Below are positions 8,690 to 17,693 of a DNA stretch of 64,000 nt, one piece after another. The notes under the pieces are model-generated. The model saw only the letters and a program-made list of their open reading frames with translations, searched no databases and was not told where the DNA came from. Location: positions 24,945-88,944 of the forward strand of contig DPRR01000014.1 of the NCBI GenBank assembly GCA_003538625.1, read 5' to 3'. The position numbers and the translations under genes are program-made. Numbering within the stretch: the stretch's first letter is position 1; each line of letters opens with the position of its first letter. Source of the stretch: Ignavibacteriales bacterium (GTDB lineage Bacteria; Bacteroidota; Ignavibacteria; Ignavibacteriales; Ignavibacteriaceae).

Positions 8690-11600
8690 CTATTTAAACT
8701 TTATTACAACAAACGACACATCATCATCAGGCTCTATTCCGTTAATCCATTGAGAAGCCGAATCTTTTAAATGTCCAATTATTTCATTGGGACTTTTTTG
8801 TGCGACAGATCTAAATTCTTCTTTAACTCTTGTATAACCATATTGCTCATTATTTTCATTCTTTAGTTCTGCAAATCCATCACTCATAAGTAAAAGTGTA
8901 TCACCCATTTCATATCTGATCTCTTTGAGTGAATAATTCGTATTCTTCATTCCGCCCAATGGCAAATTATTACTAACAAACTCACCGGCTTTTTGAGATT
9001 TATTTCTAAAATAAATTAGCGATGGCATTCCAGCATTTGTTGCAATTAATTTTTCAGAATTAATTTGAACACCAATCAATGGCATCATCAATCTACCAAG
9101 GTGCATTTCTTTTATTGAGTTATTTGAGTTTTCAAAAAATTGTTTTAATTCAATATTCTTTCGATTCGAAATGAAGAACGATTTCATAATAGATACCATC
9201 ATGCCCGACATCATACCGTGCCCTGTAGCATCACCAGCCAGAATAGTTAGTGTTCCATTATCATCAACATTAAAATCATAATAATCACCTCCAACTTCCG
9301 TTGCAGTTTTCATATAAACAGCAATATCAAGATGTGGTAATTTAGGAAGCTCTTTTGGAAGCATTGATAATTGCAACTGACGTGCGTCTTCAAGCTCTTT
9401 TGTTTTACGTTCATTCTCCGCTTGAATTATTCTATTCTGAGCTTCTGCCTGCTTCAAATCGTTAAAGCGTGTATAAGTGAGATTAAAAACAGCTGCGAAT
9501 CTTTCCAGTAATTGAATTGTCTCCGGCTTTGTTTCGTCAGGGGATGCTACACCGATAAATCCTTTAGTAAAATAAGCAATGTTTTGTATTCTGCGTTTTT
9601 GTGAAAACCCTTCTTTGAATGGAACATTTAGTCTACTAAGATGACTAAAATATTTTTCAAGCTCTTCCCCCTGCAAATCAAGAATAATCGATTTCTTTTG
9701 TTCTTTCCAGCCACTGTACATTTTTCTAAATGAAATATTTTCATTCAGGTTGATAGTAAAACCAGTGCTTACTTTACTTCCATCTTCATCTGTTACCCAG
9801 AATTCGGCAACCTCCGTTTCATCTTTGATGATAGCGATATAAATCCGGTTAGGTTCAATGCCGAGATTTATTAATTGCTTAAATACAACTGCAGAGGTTT
9901 CTGTAAGTTCATCACTTTGCTGCATCGCCAATGTTTTTGCTCTAACTCTTTCTAATGCTGCTTCAATCTGTGCTTCTCTTGCTTGTGCTTCAGCTTTCTG
10001 TAAGTCAAGAAAACGGGTATATGTTTGATTAAAAACCAGCGAAAAACGTTCCAGCACATCAATTTTTTCTACAGATAGAGCCTCAATCGTAGACATCATA
10101 ATAAATCCCTGCGAGAAAAATCCTACACTGTGCACTCTGCGATTCTCCTTTAATACGTCTTCATTTATAAACATTTGCATTTCCTCACGCACATATCTAA
10201 TCCATTCATTTAATTCCAATCCTGAAAGATCTATAACTACTGATCGCTTTTTTGCTTTCCAGTTACCGTAAATTTTTGACCAGGTGGTTGGTTCATCAAT
10301 ACTTGGTTTAAATATGTGAGTGATTTGATTTCCAACCTGGTCTGTAGACCAGAGTTCAATAGATCTGACATCCTCTTTCATGATACCGATAGTTATTCGA
10401 TCCGGGATATATCCTAATTCATTAAGTTGTTGAAAAAGAACTGCTGCTGTTTCAGCCAGCTCCTCACTTTTTTGCATCGCCATTGTTCGAGATCGAACCT
10501 TTTCCAATGCTGCTTCTATTTTCGCTTCCCTTGCCTGAGATTCAGCTTTTTGCAGATCGAGAAAGCGCGTGTATGATTGTTCAAATACAACAGCAAATCG
10601 TCTGAATATATTATTCTCTTCTTCAGTATAGATTATCGATGCATAGTTGCCAATGATTAACATGATTGTTGGCATAAACACAATTGTTCTTGTATAATTA
10701 TTGTTTAAGATGTAGTCTTTTGTTTTTTCGGGTAAATATTTGAATATAGAATTTTCAAACACATGCTGATGCCACTGCCTGCTTTCCTCTATTGATAATG
10801 TATCTGTGTATATACTAAGATTATTATTTTGTACATTTCTTATTCTTTCAAACATAGGATTATTCAGATAAGGGACATGAATTTTATACGGACGAGGTAA
10901 GCCGGTAGCTGATATCCAGAAGTTATAATCATGAGTTTGGTTTCTTATAGCAAAACTTACGTTATCGAAATTAAAATTTAAAAGCTGGAATTGTTTTGCC
11001 AGAATAGTAATTACCTGAAGAAGTTCTTCACTACGTTGCATTGCCATAGTTCTGCTTCTCACTCTTTCCAATGCTGCTTCTATCTGCGCTTCTCTTGCTT
11101 GTGCTTCTGCTTTTTGCAAATCAAGAAAGCGGGTGTAGGTTTGTTGGAATACTTTTCCAAATCTCATAAGCGTGGCATTCTCATCATCTGAATAAGGAAT
11201 ACCCGAAAAATTTTCGATGTACAATCCAACATTTTCTAACAATACCGTTGATCCTGCGAGTCCGGGACAACTAAAATAAAATTCCTTTGCTTGCGCCGGC
11301 AACCCGGGGATATACTCAAAAAGTTTTTGATAAAACCTGTTTTTTTCTTCAAAACTCAAATTGGTGGCAAAGAAATCCTCTCCTTTTTCTTTTGCTTCAT
11401 TAAAACGATTGTAGTACACAGAATCAAAATACGGAATTGTTATCTTGGCGGGGACCCCAAGCGGGTCAGCTACCCAAATATTGTAATCATCTCTTATCTT
11501 ATAATCCATAACAAACCCTGCATGCTCAACAAGTATATTTAAATGAGCAAATTGTTCATAAACAATCTGAATTACGTCCTTGAGTTCTTCGCTTTTTTGC

Positions 11601-13309
11601 ATACCCATAGAACGGCTACGCACTCTTTCCAATGCAAGTTCTATTTGTGCCTCTCTTGCCTGTGCTTCTGCTTTTTTTAGATCGAGAAAACGGGTGTAGG
11701 TTGGTTCAAATACTTTGGCAAACCGTTTTAAAATATCATGTTCCTTTTCCGAAAATGTTCTGTCAGAGTAGCTATGTATACTGATGCCGATATTATTTGC
11801 TATTCCGACAGACAGGCACCAGCCTTCAGCGGCAAGGATCATTTTTTTTCTTTCATCCGGCAAGTCCTTATAATCAGAATGTTCATAGAGATAAGAGAAG
11901 TAGGCGTCTTTTTCTTCTTTCGGATAAATCTTACTGAGAAGATCCTGTTTGCTTTTAACAGCATTAAAAATATCATTCATAACAGGGGTGTCGAAATAAG
12001 GTGTATACAGGCAAACGGCTTTGGTATATCCGGGGGCTGTAAACCAGGAATCAAAACCTGTCAGGTCATCATTCAATATGTTAATATTAATTGCATCAAC
12101 ATCAATTTCCAGGTCTTTCATTTGACCGAATAATGTCATTACTACATCATTCAGTTCTTCACTTTTTTGCATCGCCATTGTTCTTACACGAACTCTTTCA
12201 AGCGCTAATTCAATTTCAGCCTCTCTTGCCTGTGCCACAGCTATTTCAATATCCAGATACCTTTGATATGCCAGTTCGAATACTTTAAGGAATCGCTTAA
12301 ATAAATATATTTCTGCTTCCGTTAGAAGAATGTAAGTTGAAATTCCAAGTGCAACCGGACCCAGGGAGAACCAATAATAATTTAGTGACGAGGCAGTTTC
12401 GAGGTACTCGTCAATAAAAACATTTGTCGTTTTTTGATAGTTAATCCAGTCTTTTACGTCATCGCCATTTATATGTGTGATAAAGGTTTCTCTCTTGCCC
12501 TTCAGCATTTTTGCCGCAAATTCTTTATGCATTTCATGGTTTGTATATGAAGTTTCTGTAATAAAGGTTTTGTCGTGCTTAGCATAATATTCATAATTCA
12601 TATAAGTGCCGCGCTGCTCATAAAAGATAGCTGTTTGCACATTACGAATTTCCTTTACCCCCAATGAATGGAGTTGAAGTGAAATTGTCTTGCACACATC
12701 CAGCATATCATCTGGTTTCCTCATCCCCATCGCGATAGTACGTACTTTTTCTAATGCAGTTTCAATTTCTAGCTCTCTATTTTTAATAAGTAAGTCGGCA
12801 GTTTTCTCTTCAACCGCTTTTTGTAATACAGCATTTTTTTTCTTCCACTCGTCAACATGCCAGGGATCATCACCACCGGAAATATGCTCCGGCTTAGAAC
12901 CATGCCAATGAATAAGTTTCCACGATCCATCTCTAAATTCAAATATAGTTGACATTCTTACCGCTAACTCATTAGACTCACCTTGAAATCGTGTGAGCAA
13001 TACGATTTCATCAACAACCACAGCAGTATTTCCATTGTCAGAGATGCGGCTTATTACGGGCTTCGAAGTAAAACTAAATTCGTCAAAATTTACGGCTTGT
13101 TCCCGTTGATCAATTATAAGGTCTCTAAAATCCTGAATAGACGTAATCTTTTCATCCTGAGCTGTACCATAACCCATTACATTTTCGTCTATGAATTCAG
13201 AAACATTTTCAAGAGAACCTTCACCGAATCCAACTTCAAGTAATCTTTTATATGCTGCTTTCAGAGATTTTTCTTTATCTGCTAAGCTAAAGTTTGTTTT
13301 AGATTTCAT
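8690..13309 (-). CDS. Giant cytoplasmic multi-module PP2C/SpoIIE phosphatase (NTF2-like N-domain, six tandem ~185-aa modules, SpoIIE)
   Basis: 1539 aa with no signal peptide or TM segment. The C-terminus has GGDYYDF, GDATGHGMMSG, SDGFAEL and PDDDVSFVVIKFK. Internal helix motif YTRFLDLQKAEAQAREAQIEAALERVR recurs every 184-190 aa. Confidence 0.85.
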   Translation of the reverse strand: MKSKTNFSLADKEKSLKAAYKRLLEVGFGEGSLENVSEFIDENVMGYGTAQDEKITSIQDFRDLIIDQREQAVNFDEFSFTSKPVISRISDNGNTAVVVDEIVLLTRFQGESNELAVRMSTIFEFRDGSWKLIHWHGSKPEHISGGDDPWHVDEWKKKNAVLQKAVEEKTADLLIKNRELEIETALEKVRTIAMGMRKPDDMLDVCKTISLQLHSLGVKEIRNVQTAIFYEQRGTYMNYEYYAKHDKTFITETSYTNHEMHKEFAAKMLKGKRETFITHINGDDVKDWINYQKTTNVFIDEYLETASSLNYYWFSLGPVALGISTYILLTEAEIYLFKRFLKVFELAYQRYLDIEIAVAQAREAEIELALERVRVRTMAMQKSEELNDVVMTLFGQMKDLEIDVDAININILNDDLTGFDSWFTAPGYTKAVCLYTPYFDTPVMNDIFNAVKSKQDLLSKIYPKEEKDAYFSYLYEHSDYKDLPDERKKMILAAEGWCLSVGIANNIGISIHSYSDRTFSEKEHDILKRFAKVFEPTYTRFLDLKKAEAQAREAQIELALERVRSRSMGMQKSEELKDVIQIVYEQFAHLNILVEHAGFVMDYKIRDDYNIWVADPLGVPAKITIPYFDSVYYNRFNEAKEKGEDFFATNLSFEEKNRFYQKLFEYIPGLPAQAKEFYFSCPGLAGSTVLLENVGLYIENFSGIPYSDDENATLMRFGKVFQQTYTRFLDLQKAEAQAREAQIEAALERVRSRTMAMQRSEELLQVITILAKQFQLLNFNFDNVSFAIRNQTHDYNFWISATGLPRPYKIHVPYLNNPMFERIRNVQNNNLSIYTDTLSIEESRQWHQHVFENSIFKYLPEKTKDYILNNNYTRTIVFMPTIMLIIGNYASIIYTEEENNIFRRFAVVFEQSYTRFLDLQKAESQAREAKIEAALEKVRSRTMAMQKSEELAETAAVLFQQLNELGYIPDRITIGIMKEDVRSIELWSTDQVGNQITHIFKPSIDEPTTWSKIYGNWKAKKRSVVIDLSGLELNEWIRYVREEMQMFINEDVLKENRRVHSVGFFSQGFIMMSTIEALSVEKIDVLERFSLVFNQTYTRFLDLQKAEAQAREAQIEAALERVRAKTLAMQQSDELTETSAVVFKQLINLGIEPNRIYIAIIKDETEVAEFWVTDEDGSKVSTGFTINLNENISFRKMYSGWKEQKKSIILDLQGEELEKYFSHLSRLNVPFKEGFSQKRRIQNIAYFTKGFIGVASPDETKPETIQLLERFAAVFNLTYTRFNDLKQAEAQNRIIQAENERKTKELEDARQLQLSMLPKELPKLPHLDIAVYMKTATEVGGDYYDFNVDDNGTLTILAGDATGHGMMSGMMVSIMKSFFISNRKNIELKQFFENSNNSIKEMHLGRLMMPLIGVQINSEKLIATNAGMPSLIYFRNKSQKAGEFVSNNLPLGGMKNTNYSLKEIRYEMGDTLLLMSDGFAELKNENNEQYGYTRVKEEFRSVAQKSPNEIIGHLKDSASQWINGIEPDDDVSFVVIKFK
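9425..12754 (-). repeat. Intragenic tandem array of six ~185-aa protein modules (about 555-nt period)
   Basis: The LE(K/R)VR anchor falls at aa 186, 370, 560, 747, 935 and 1119, and a seventh degenerate helix at about aa 1285-1300 leads into the PP2C domain. The DNA copies differ mainly at wobble positions. Confidence 0.8.
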
Positions 13310-13312
13310 ACT

Positions 13313-14284
13313 TTATTTTACCTTTATCACAACAAATGTCACATCATCATCTGGTTCTGTTCCGTTAATCCATTGAGATGCTGAGTTCTTAAGGTGTTCA
13401 ACTATCTCATTGGAGTTTCTCTGTGCTACAGATCTGAATTCTTCTTTTATTCTTAGATAACCATATTGTTCATTATTTCGATTCTTTAATTCCGCAAATC
13501 CATCACTCATTAGTAAAAGTGTATCGCCTCTTTCATAGATGATCTTTCTAAGTGAATATACTGTACTTTTCATCGCACCTAATGGCATATTATTAATTAC
13601 AAACTCACCTGCCTTTTGAGATTTTTTCCGGAAATAAATTAAAGATGGCATTCCGGCATTTGTAGCAATAACTTTTTGAGATGTAATTTGAACACCCATA
13701 CACGCCATCATCAATCTGCCTAGCTGCATATCTTTTATAGATTTGTTTGAACTGTCAAAAAAGTTCTTCAATTCAAGAGTATTTCTATCAGCAATAAAAA
13801 ATGATTTCATAATCGAAACCATCATTCCAGACATCATTCCGTGACCAGTAGCATCACCAACAAGAACAGTTAAGGTGCCATCGGGTTTAATATGAAAATC
13901 ATAATAATCACCGCCGACTTCTGTAGCTGTTTTCATATAAACAGCAATATCAAGATGCGGTAGTTTTGGAAGTTCAAGAGGAAGCATTGCCAGTTGTAAT
14001 TGTCTTGCATCTTCAAGTTCTTTGGATTTTCTGTCGTTCTCTGCTTGAATTATTTTTGCCTGTTCCTCAACCGCTTTTCTCTTTTGTTCAAGCTCTTCAA
14101 TTGTTTCCTCGAGTAAAATCGCTGTAGTTTTTTTTACCTTCTCTGTTCTTTCCAGTTTGAATGCAGTTATCTCTAATTCTTTATCTGCATCCTTTACAGC
14201 TTTTATCATACTATCTTTTTGCTCAGCATCTAATTTTTCAGATTGCAGAATAATATCGAGTATATTTTGAAGTTTCTGATTCAT
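13313..14284 (-). CDS. Short coiled-coil PP2C/SpoIIE phosphatase without a sensor domain
   Basis: 323 aa. About 95 aa of coiled coil (ENDRKSKELEDARQLQLAMLP), then a SpoIIE domain highly similar to that of the giant downstream gene. The stop lies 3 nt from the next start. Confidence 0.85.
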   Translation of the reverse strand: MNQKLQNILDIILQSEKLDAEQKDSMIKAVKDADKELEITAFKLERTEKVKKTTAILLEETIEELEQKRKAVEEQAKIIQAENDRKSKELEDARQLQLAMLPLELPKLPHLDIAVYMKTATEVGGDYYDFHIKPDGTLTVLVGDATGHGMMSGMMVSIMKSFFIADRNTLELKNFFDSSNKSIKDMQLGRLMMACMGVQITSQKVIATNAGMPSLIYFRKKSQKAGEFVINNMPLGAMKSTVYSLRKIIYERGDTLLLMSDGFAELKNRNNEQYGYLRIKEEFRSVAQRNSNEIVEHLKNSASQWINGTEPDDDVTFVVIKVK

Positions 14285-14292
14285 TTAAAGTT

Positions 14293-15456
14293 TTATTTTT
14301 CTTTTAATACCACCAGGCAACAGGTATTATTATGATAATCATATTTACCGGTTTTTGATTTTCCATATTCACCATAGGAAAAAAAGCCTGCCATAGGTGC
14401 ATCCCAGATTTTTTGCACCTTCTCTATCTCCTCCTTTACTATCATACCAAACGCTAAATGCCTGCTCACACATGAAAACATAATAAGTGCATCGGCTTCT
14501 TGTTGTGCTTCATCTTTAATATTTTTACAGTCTGCAACCACTTTTTCAATGGAATCAAAATCAGGCGGCATGGAAAATTTAATTTTTGAACCCTGAGGCA
14601 CTCTTCCGGAACAGATCAGTGAACGGTCTTCCTTATTGGCGAACATGGCTGTGCGTATTACGGGATCTTCATTTTCCCTTTCCAGTTCCAGTGGATAGTA
14701 CCAAGAGCTAAGGAATGTCGTGATGTCCGTCTCCACATCCTCTTTGATATCCACACCCAGGTAATTCATTAACATATCCAATGCTGGTTTATCGTTGATG
14801 GTATACACAATATTACCTTCGCTTTTAGTAACTGTTTTTGTGGTGCCAATAGCTTTCCAGCCACAAGTAGCTATACCTCTAACATCTATTTTATCTTCAT
14901 CAATAATGAGTGCTACAATTGCGCAGTCTTTACTTTTGCCGTTGGTAAAAACAAATGTTGATTCAAGTGCCAAATCATCTCCCGCCTTACCTCCAAATAT
15001 CGTTACTTCCCTTTCTGCCGACGAGGGAGGTTTTCCAAAACTTTGTATGATGCCTTCAACAATTGGCTCACCATCTAAGGACACCCCACTGTTTGCAATA
15101 ATAAACGCTGGGTTGGCAAACGTTTCTTTTCCGGTAATGCCCAGTTTGTTTGCGTCTTCTAAGGCGGTTTCCTGGCTTGTTTCAAGAAATTCTATTTTAA
15201 AATAAGCTGGATGCATGTCGAGCAACATCATGACTATGCTGCCTCCTTCAATTTCGCCATCAATAAATTCCCCGGCAGTTGTAACACCAAATACCTGAAA
15301 GCCTTTTTCGTCAAGTAATTTGGAAATAGTTTCTCTGTCCTGTTTAACAGATAAGAACACAACAGCTAAAGTTGGTTTGAATCCATCAGCCATGCTTTCA
15401 GTTAATGCAGAACTGATTTCTTCTGTAGATTTTCCTTTAATTGTTTTTGCTTTCAT
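14293..15456 (-). CDS. FIST-domain (FIST_N + FIST_C) sensory protein
   Basis: 387 aa. N-terminus MKAKTIKGKS...GFKPTLAVVFLSV and C-terminus GFFSYGEYG...HNNTCCLVVL fit stand-alone FIST proteins. It lies 8 nt upstream of the short phosphatase. Confidence 0.75.
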   Translation of the reverse strand: MKAKTIKGKSTEEISSALTESMADGFKPTLAVVFLSVKQDRETISKLLDEKGFQVFGVTTAGEFIDGEIEGGSIVMMLLDMHPAYFKIEFLETSQETALEDANKLGITGKETFANPAFIIANSGVSLDGEPIVEGIIQSFGKPPSSAEREVTIFGGKAGDDLALESTFVFTNGKSKDCAIVALIIDEDKIDVRGIATCGWKAIGTTKTVTKSEGNIVYTINDKPALDMLMNYLGVDIKEDVETDITTFLSSWYYPLELERENEDPVIRTAMFANKEDRSLICSGRVPQGSKIKFSMPPDFDSIEKVVADCKNIKDEAQQEADALIMFSCVSRHLAFGMIVKEEIEKVQKIWDAPMAGFFSYGEYGKSKTGKYDYHNNTCCLVVLKEK

Positions 15457-15481
15457 AATAATTCTTTGTTTTACTCAATAG

Positions 15482-15501
15482 CCTACGACTTAAGTCGTGG
15501 G
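15482..15501. repeat. GC-rich palindromic element
   Basis: CCTACGAC-TTAA-GTCGTGGG forms an 8-bp stem with one G-U pair in an otherwise AT-rich spacer. Confidence 0.5.
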
Positions 15502-15554
15502 TTAATAAAATTTCAGTTCTCATTCAACTCAACTCAGCTGCAGGTTGTACTTTC

Positions 15555-16355
15555 TTATGAATTTTTTAATGGTTCTTCATCTATGTCTTCATCAATAAAT
15601 TTAATTAGTTTTTGTATTTCTGCATAAAGTGATTCATATAAATTAAGAATACCAAAGTTATTCATTGCCGCTAATCTGAGCCCATTTCTGATAGTCATAT
15701 CTTTTAAGAAGATTGCTACTTGAGACGCAAGTTGTTTTCTTTTATCCTCTGATATTTCAATATTAATTCGTGTTTTTTGCTTTATTGTTCTTTCAAAATC
15801 CAAAAATGGACTGATTTCAAGAATAGGCCAAGTGCGATCATATAAGTAGTTATCGTATTCATGTCTCATATGCTCACGATAAATTACTATCGTTTCATTT
15901 TTTTCTTTAATACTTAACAAATAGAATTTAATAGAATCATTTTTAATAATGTTTAAACTTCCCGAGCTAATCAATTCATCTAACGTATTTGTTCGCGGTG
16001 TAAAACTTGTCCATCCATAAACTTTCCATAATAGTCTGTCAAATGATTTTAATTGGTCTATTGTTTTTGGTGGTTGAAGTGTTAATAATGTATTTGCTGA
16101 AAACATTTTATTACGCCGATCAACTATCATTGAATCCAAATTAACTAAATCAGTTTTTAAATCAAGTTTTAGATTTTTAAGATATTTTATTTCATTGTTT
16201 CTTTCTTTTCTCGCTTCATTCCAATTATTAACCTGAAGAGCTAAAAGAATTCCAACCATAACCAAAATTATTTCCCCAATGGCGTAACGTAAATAGCTTG
16301 CTACTTTGTTTTCAGCTGCGAGTTTTTGTCTGATATTTCTAAAGAATCTTATCAT
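15555..16355 (-). CDS. Single-pass membrane protein, DUF6090-like
   Basis: 266 aa. N-terminus FFRNIRQKLAAENKVASYLRYAIGEIILVMVGILLALQVNNWNE matches, from memory, the conserved head of a Bacteroidota-wide uncharacterised family. Confidence 0.5.
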   Translation of the reverse strand: MIRFFRNIRQKLAAENKVASYLRYAIGEIILVMVGILLALQVNNWNEARKERNNEIKYLKNLKLDLKTDLVNLDSMIVDRRNKMFSANTLLTLQPPKTIDQLKSFDRLLWKVYGWTSFTPRTNTLDELISSGSLNIIKNDSIKFYLLSIKEKNETIVIYREHMRHEYDNYLYDRTWPILEISPFLDFERTIKQKTRINIEISEDKRKQLASQVAIFLKDMTIRNGLRLAAMNNFGILNLYESLYAEIQKLIKFIDEDIDEEPLKNS

Positions 16356-16402
16356 AGTTTAATTATTTTTATTGCTTTGCTTTCATAATAATCAAGATAA
16401 TA

Positions 16403-17542
16403 TTATCTTTCTTTCATCACTACAATGCAGCAGGTATTGTTATGAAATTCCTGCTTGCCCTTTAAAGAATTTCCGATTTCACCATAACAGAAAAACCCCG
16501 CCATTGGAGAATCCCAAACATCTTTAACTTCTTCAATCTCTGATGACACTAATGGACCTAATGAATAATATCGACCAATGCAGGAAAACATAATCATTGC
16601 CTCTGCTTCAGGTTGAAAAGTTTCTTTTAAATATCTGCATTCTTCGGTAACCTGCTGGATTATGTTATTATCGGGAGGTAAAGAGAATCTGATTTTTGTT
16701 CCACGTGTTACCGGCCCTGCAAGTAATATTGATCTTTCTTTTGTGTTTAGATTTCTTATAGCTCTGGTAATAGTACTTCCATCGTCCCTCATCAATTGTA
16801 TGGGATCCATATTTCCTACATTATTAATTAATTCATCCCCGGGATAATCTTCTAAAGAAATTCCCAAAAACTTGACCATAATATCCAATGCAGGCTCATC
16901 ATCTATTGTGTAGACCTTACATTCCTCACAATCGGTTATTGTACGTATTGTTCCGATAGGCTTCCAGCCGTGAGTAGCAAGCCCCGTTAATTGTATATTG
17001 TCATTGTCAACTATGAGTGCAATAATTCCGTCTTGAGTGGATTTGTCATTTGTAAATAAATGTGTTTCAGTGCCACGTAATTCATCTCCGGCAATACCCC
17101 CATATATAATTGAGTCTTTACCTGAAGTGCTGTTTATTCCACTGATGATTGTTTCGCCATCAATTATAGAGCCCCCTGTTGCAACAAGATAAGACGGATT
17201 AGAAAATTTTTCCAGACCCTTTTTACCAATTTCTGCAGCAGTTCTCAACTTACTTTTTCCACTTCTTTCTTCGATGTGAACTAAAAAATTATTTTTATCC
17301 ATATCAAGTAAAAGAATTGCCGCCGATTCTTTCTCTAATTCTCCATTAATAAATTCTCCTGCAGCAGTCGATCCAAATATCGCAATCCCATTTTCATCAA
17401 ATACTTTACAAATAGAATCCCGGTTTATTTTAACAGATAAAAATATTATAACCAAGGTAGGTTTAAATCCATCAAACATACTTTCGGATAAAGCTAATCG
17501 AATTTCTTCAGGAGAATTTCCTTTAATTGATTTTGATTTCAT
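16403..17542 (-). CDS. FIST-domain sensory protein (paralog of 14293..15456)
   Basis: 379 aa, colinear with the other FIST ORF. Shared strings include MKSKSIKGNSPEEI...GFKPTL and HNNTCCIVVMKER. Confidence 0.75.
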   Translation of the reverse strand: MKSKSIKGNSPEEIRLALSESMFDGFKPTLVIIFLSVKINRDSICKVFDENGIAIFGSTAAGEFINGELEKESAAILLLDMDKNNFLVHIEERSGKSKLRTAAEIGKKGLEKFSNPSYLVATGGSIIDGETIISGINSTSGKDSIIYGGIAGDELRGTETHLFTNDKSTQDGIIALIVDNDNIQLTGLATHGWKPIGTIRTITDCEECKVYTIDDEPALDIMVKFLGISLEDYPGDELINNVGNMDPIQLMRDDGSTITRAIRNLNTKERSILLAGPVTRGTKIRFSLPPDNNIIQQVTEECRYLKETFQPEAEAMIMFSCIGRYYSLGPLVSSEIEEVKDVWDSPMAGFFCYGEIGNSLKGKQEFHNNTCCIVVMKER

Positions 17543-17657
17543 AAAATATAATTTTTCATTAATAATAAATTTATTCAGCTATCAACTGAGTCTTCATCAA
17601 GTGCGAAATCGATAGATGAAGTGTGACTTTACTAAACTTGCCTGCGGTAAGCAGGTT

Positions 17658-17686
17658 TGTCAGACTTCAATAAACTCAGTCTGACA
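17658..17686 (-). terminator. Stem-loop 8 nt after the stop of the 1216-aa phosphatase (no U-tract)
   Basis: TGTCAGACT-11 nt-AGTCTGACA is a 9-bp perfect stem. A second hairpin, CCTGC-GGTAA-GCAGG, lies at 17641..17655. Confidence 0.35.
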
Positions 17687-17693
17687 ATTAAGA

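Noticed and set aside
9425-12754. Regularly spaced ~555-nt repeats that might suggest a repeat array or CRISPR-like structure
   Set aside because: The period is far too long, and the repeats are in frame within one uninterrupted 4.6-kb ORF. They diverge mainly at wobble positions and encode a conserved helix. They are protein-domain repeats, not a CRISPR array or non-coding array.
10991-13376. Plus-strand track ORFs (10991..11191, 11291..11542, 11738..12133, 12091..12288, 12690..12911, 12983..13243, 13191..13376) opposite the giant phosphatase
   Set aside because: These are antisense shadow ORFs inside a gene with a continuous, motif-rich frame. None has a Shine-Dalgarno sequence or a recognisable domain.
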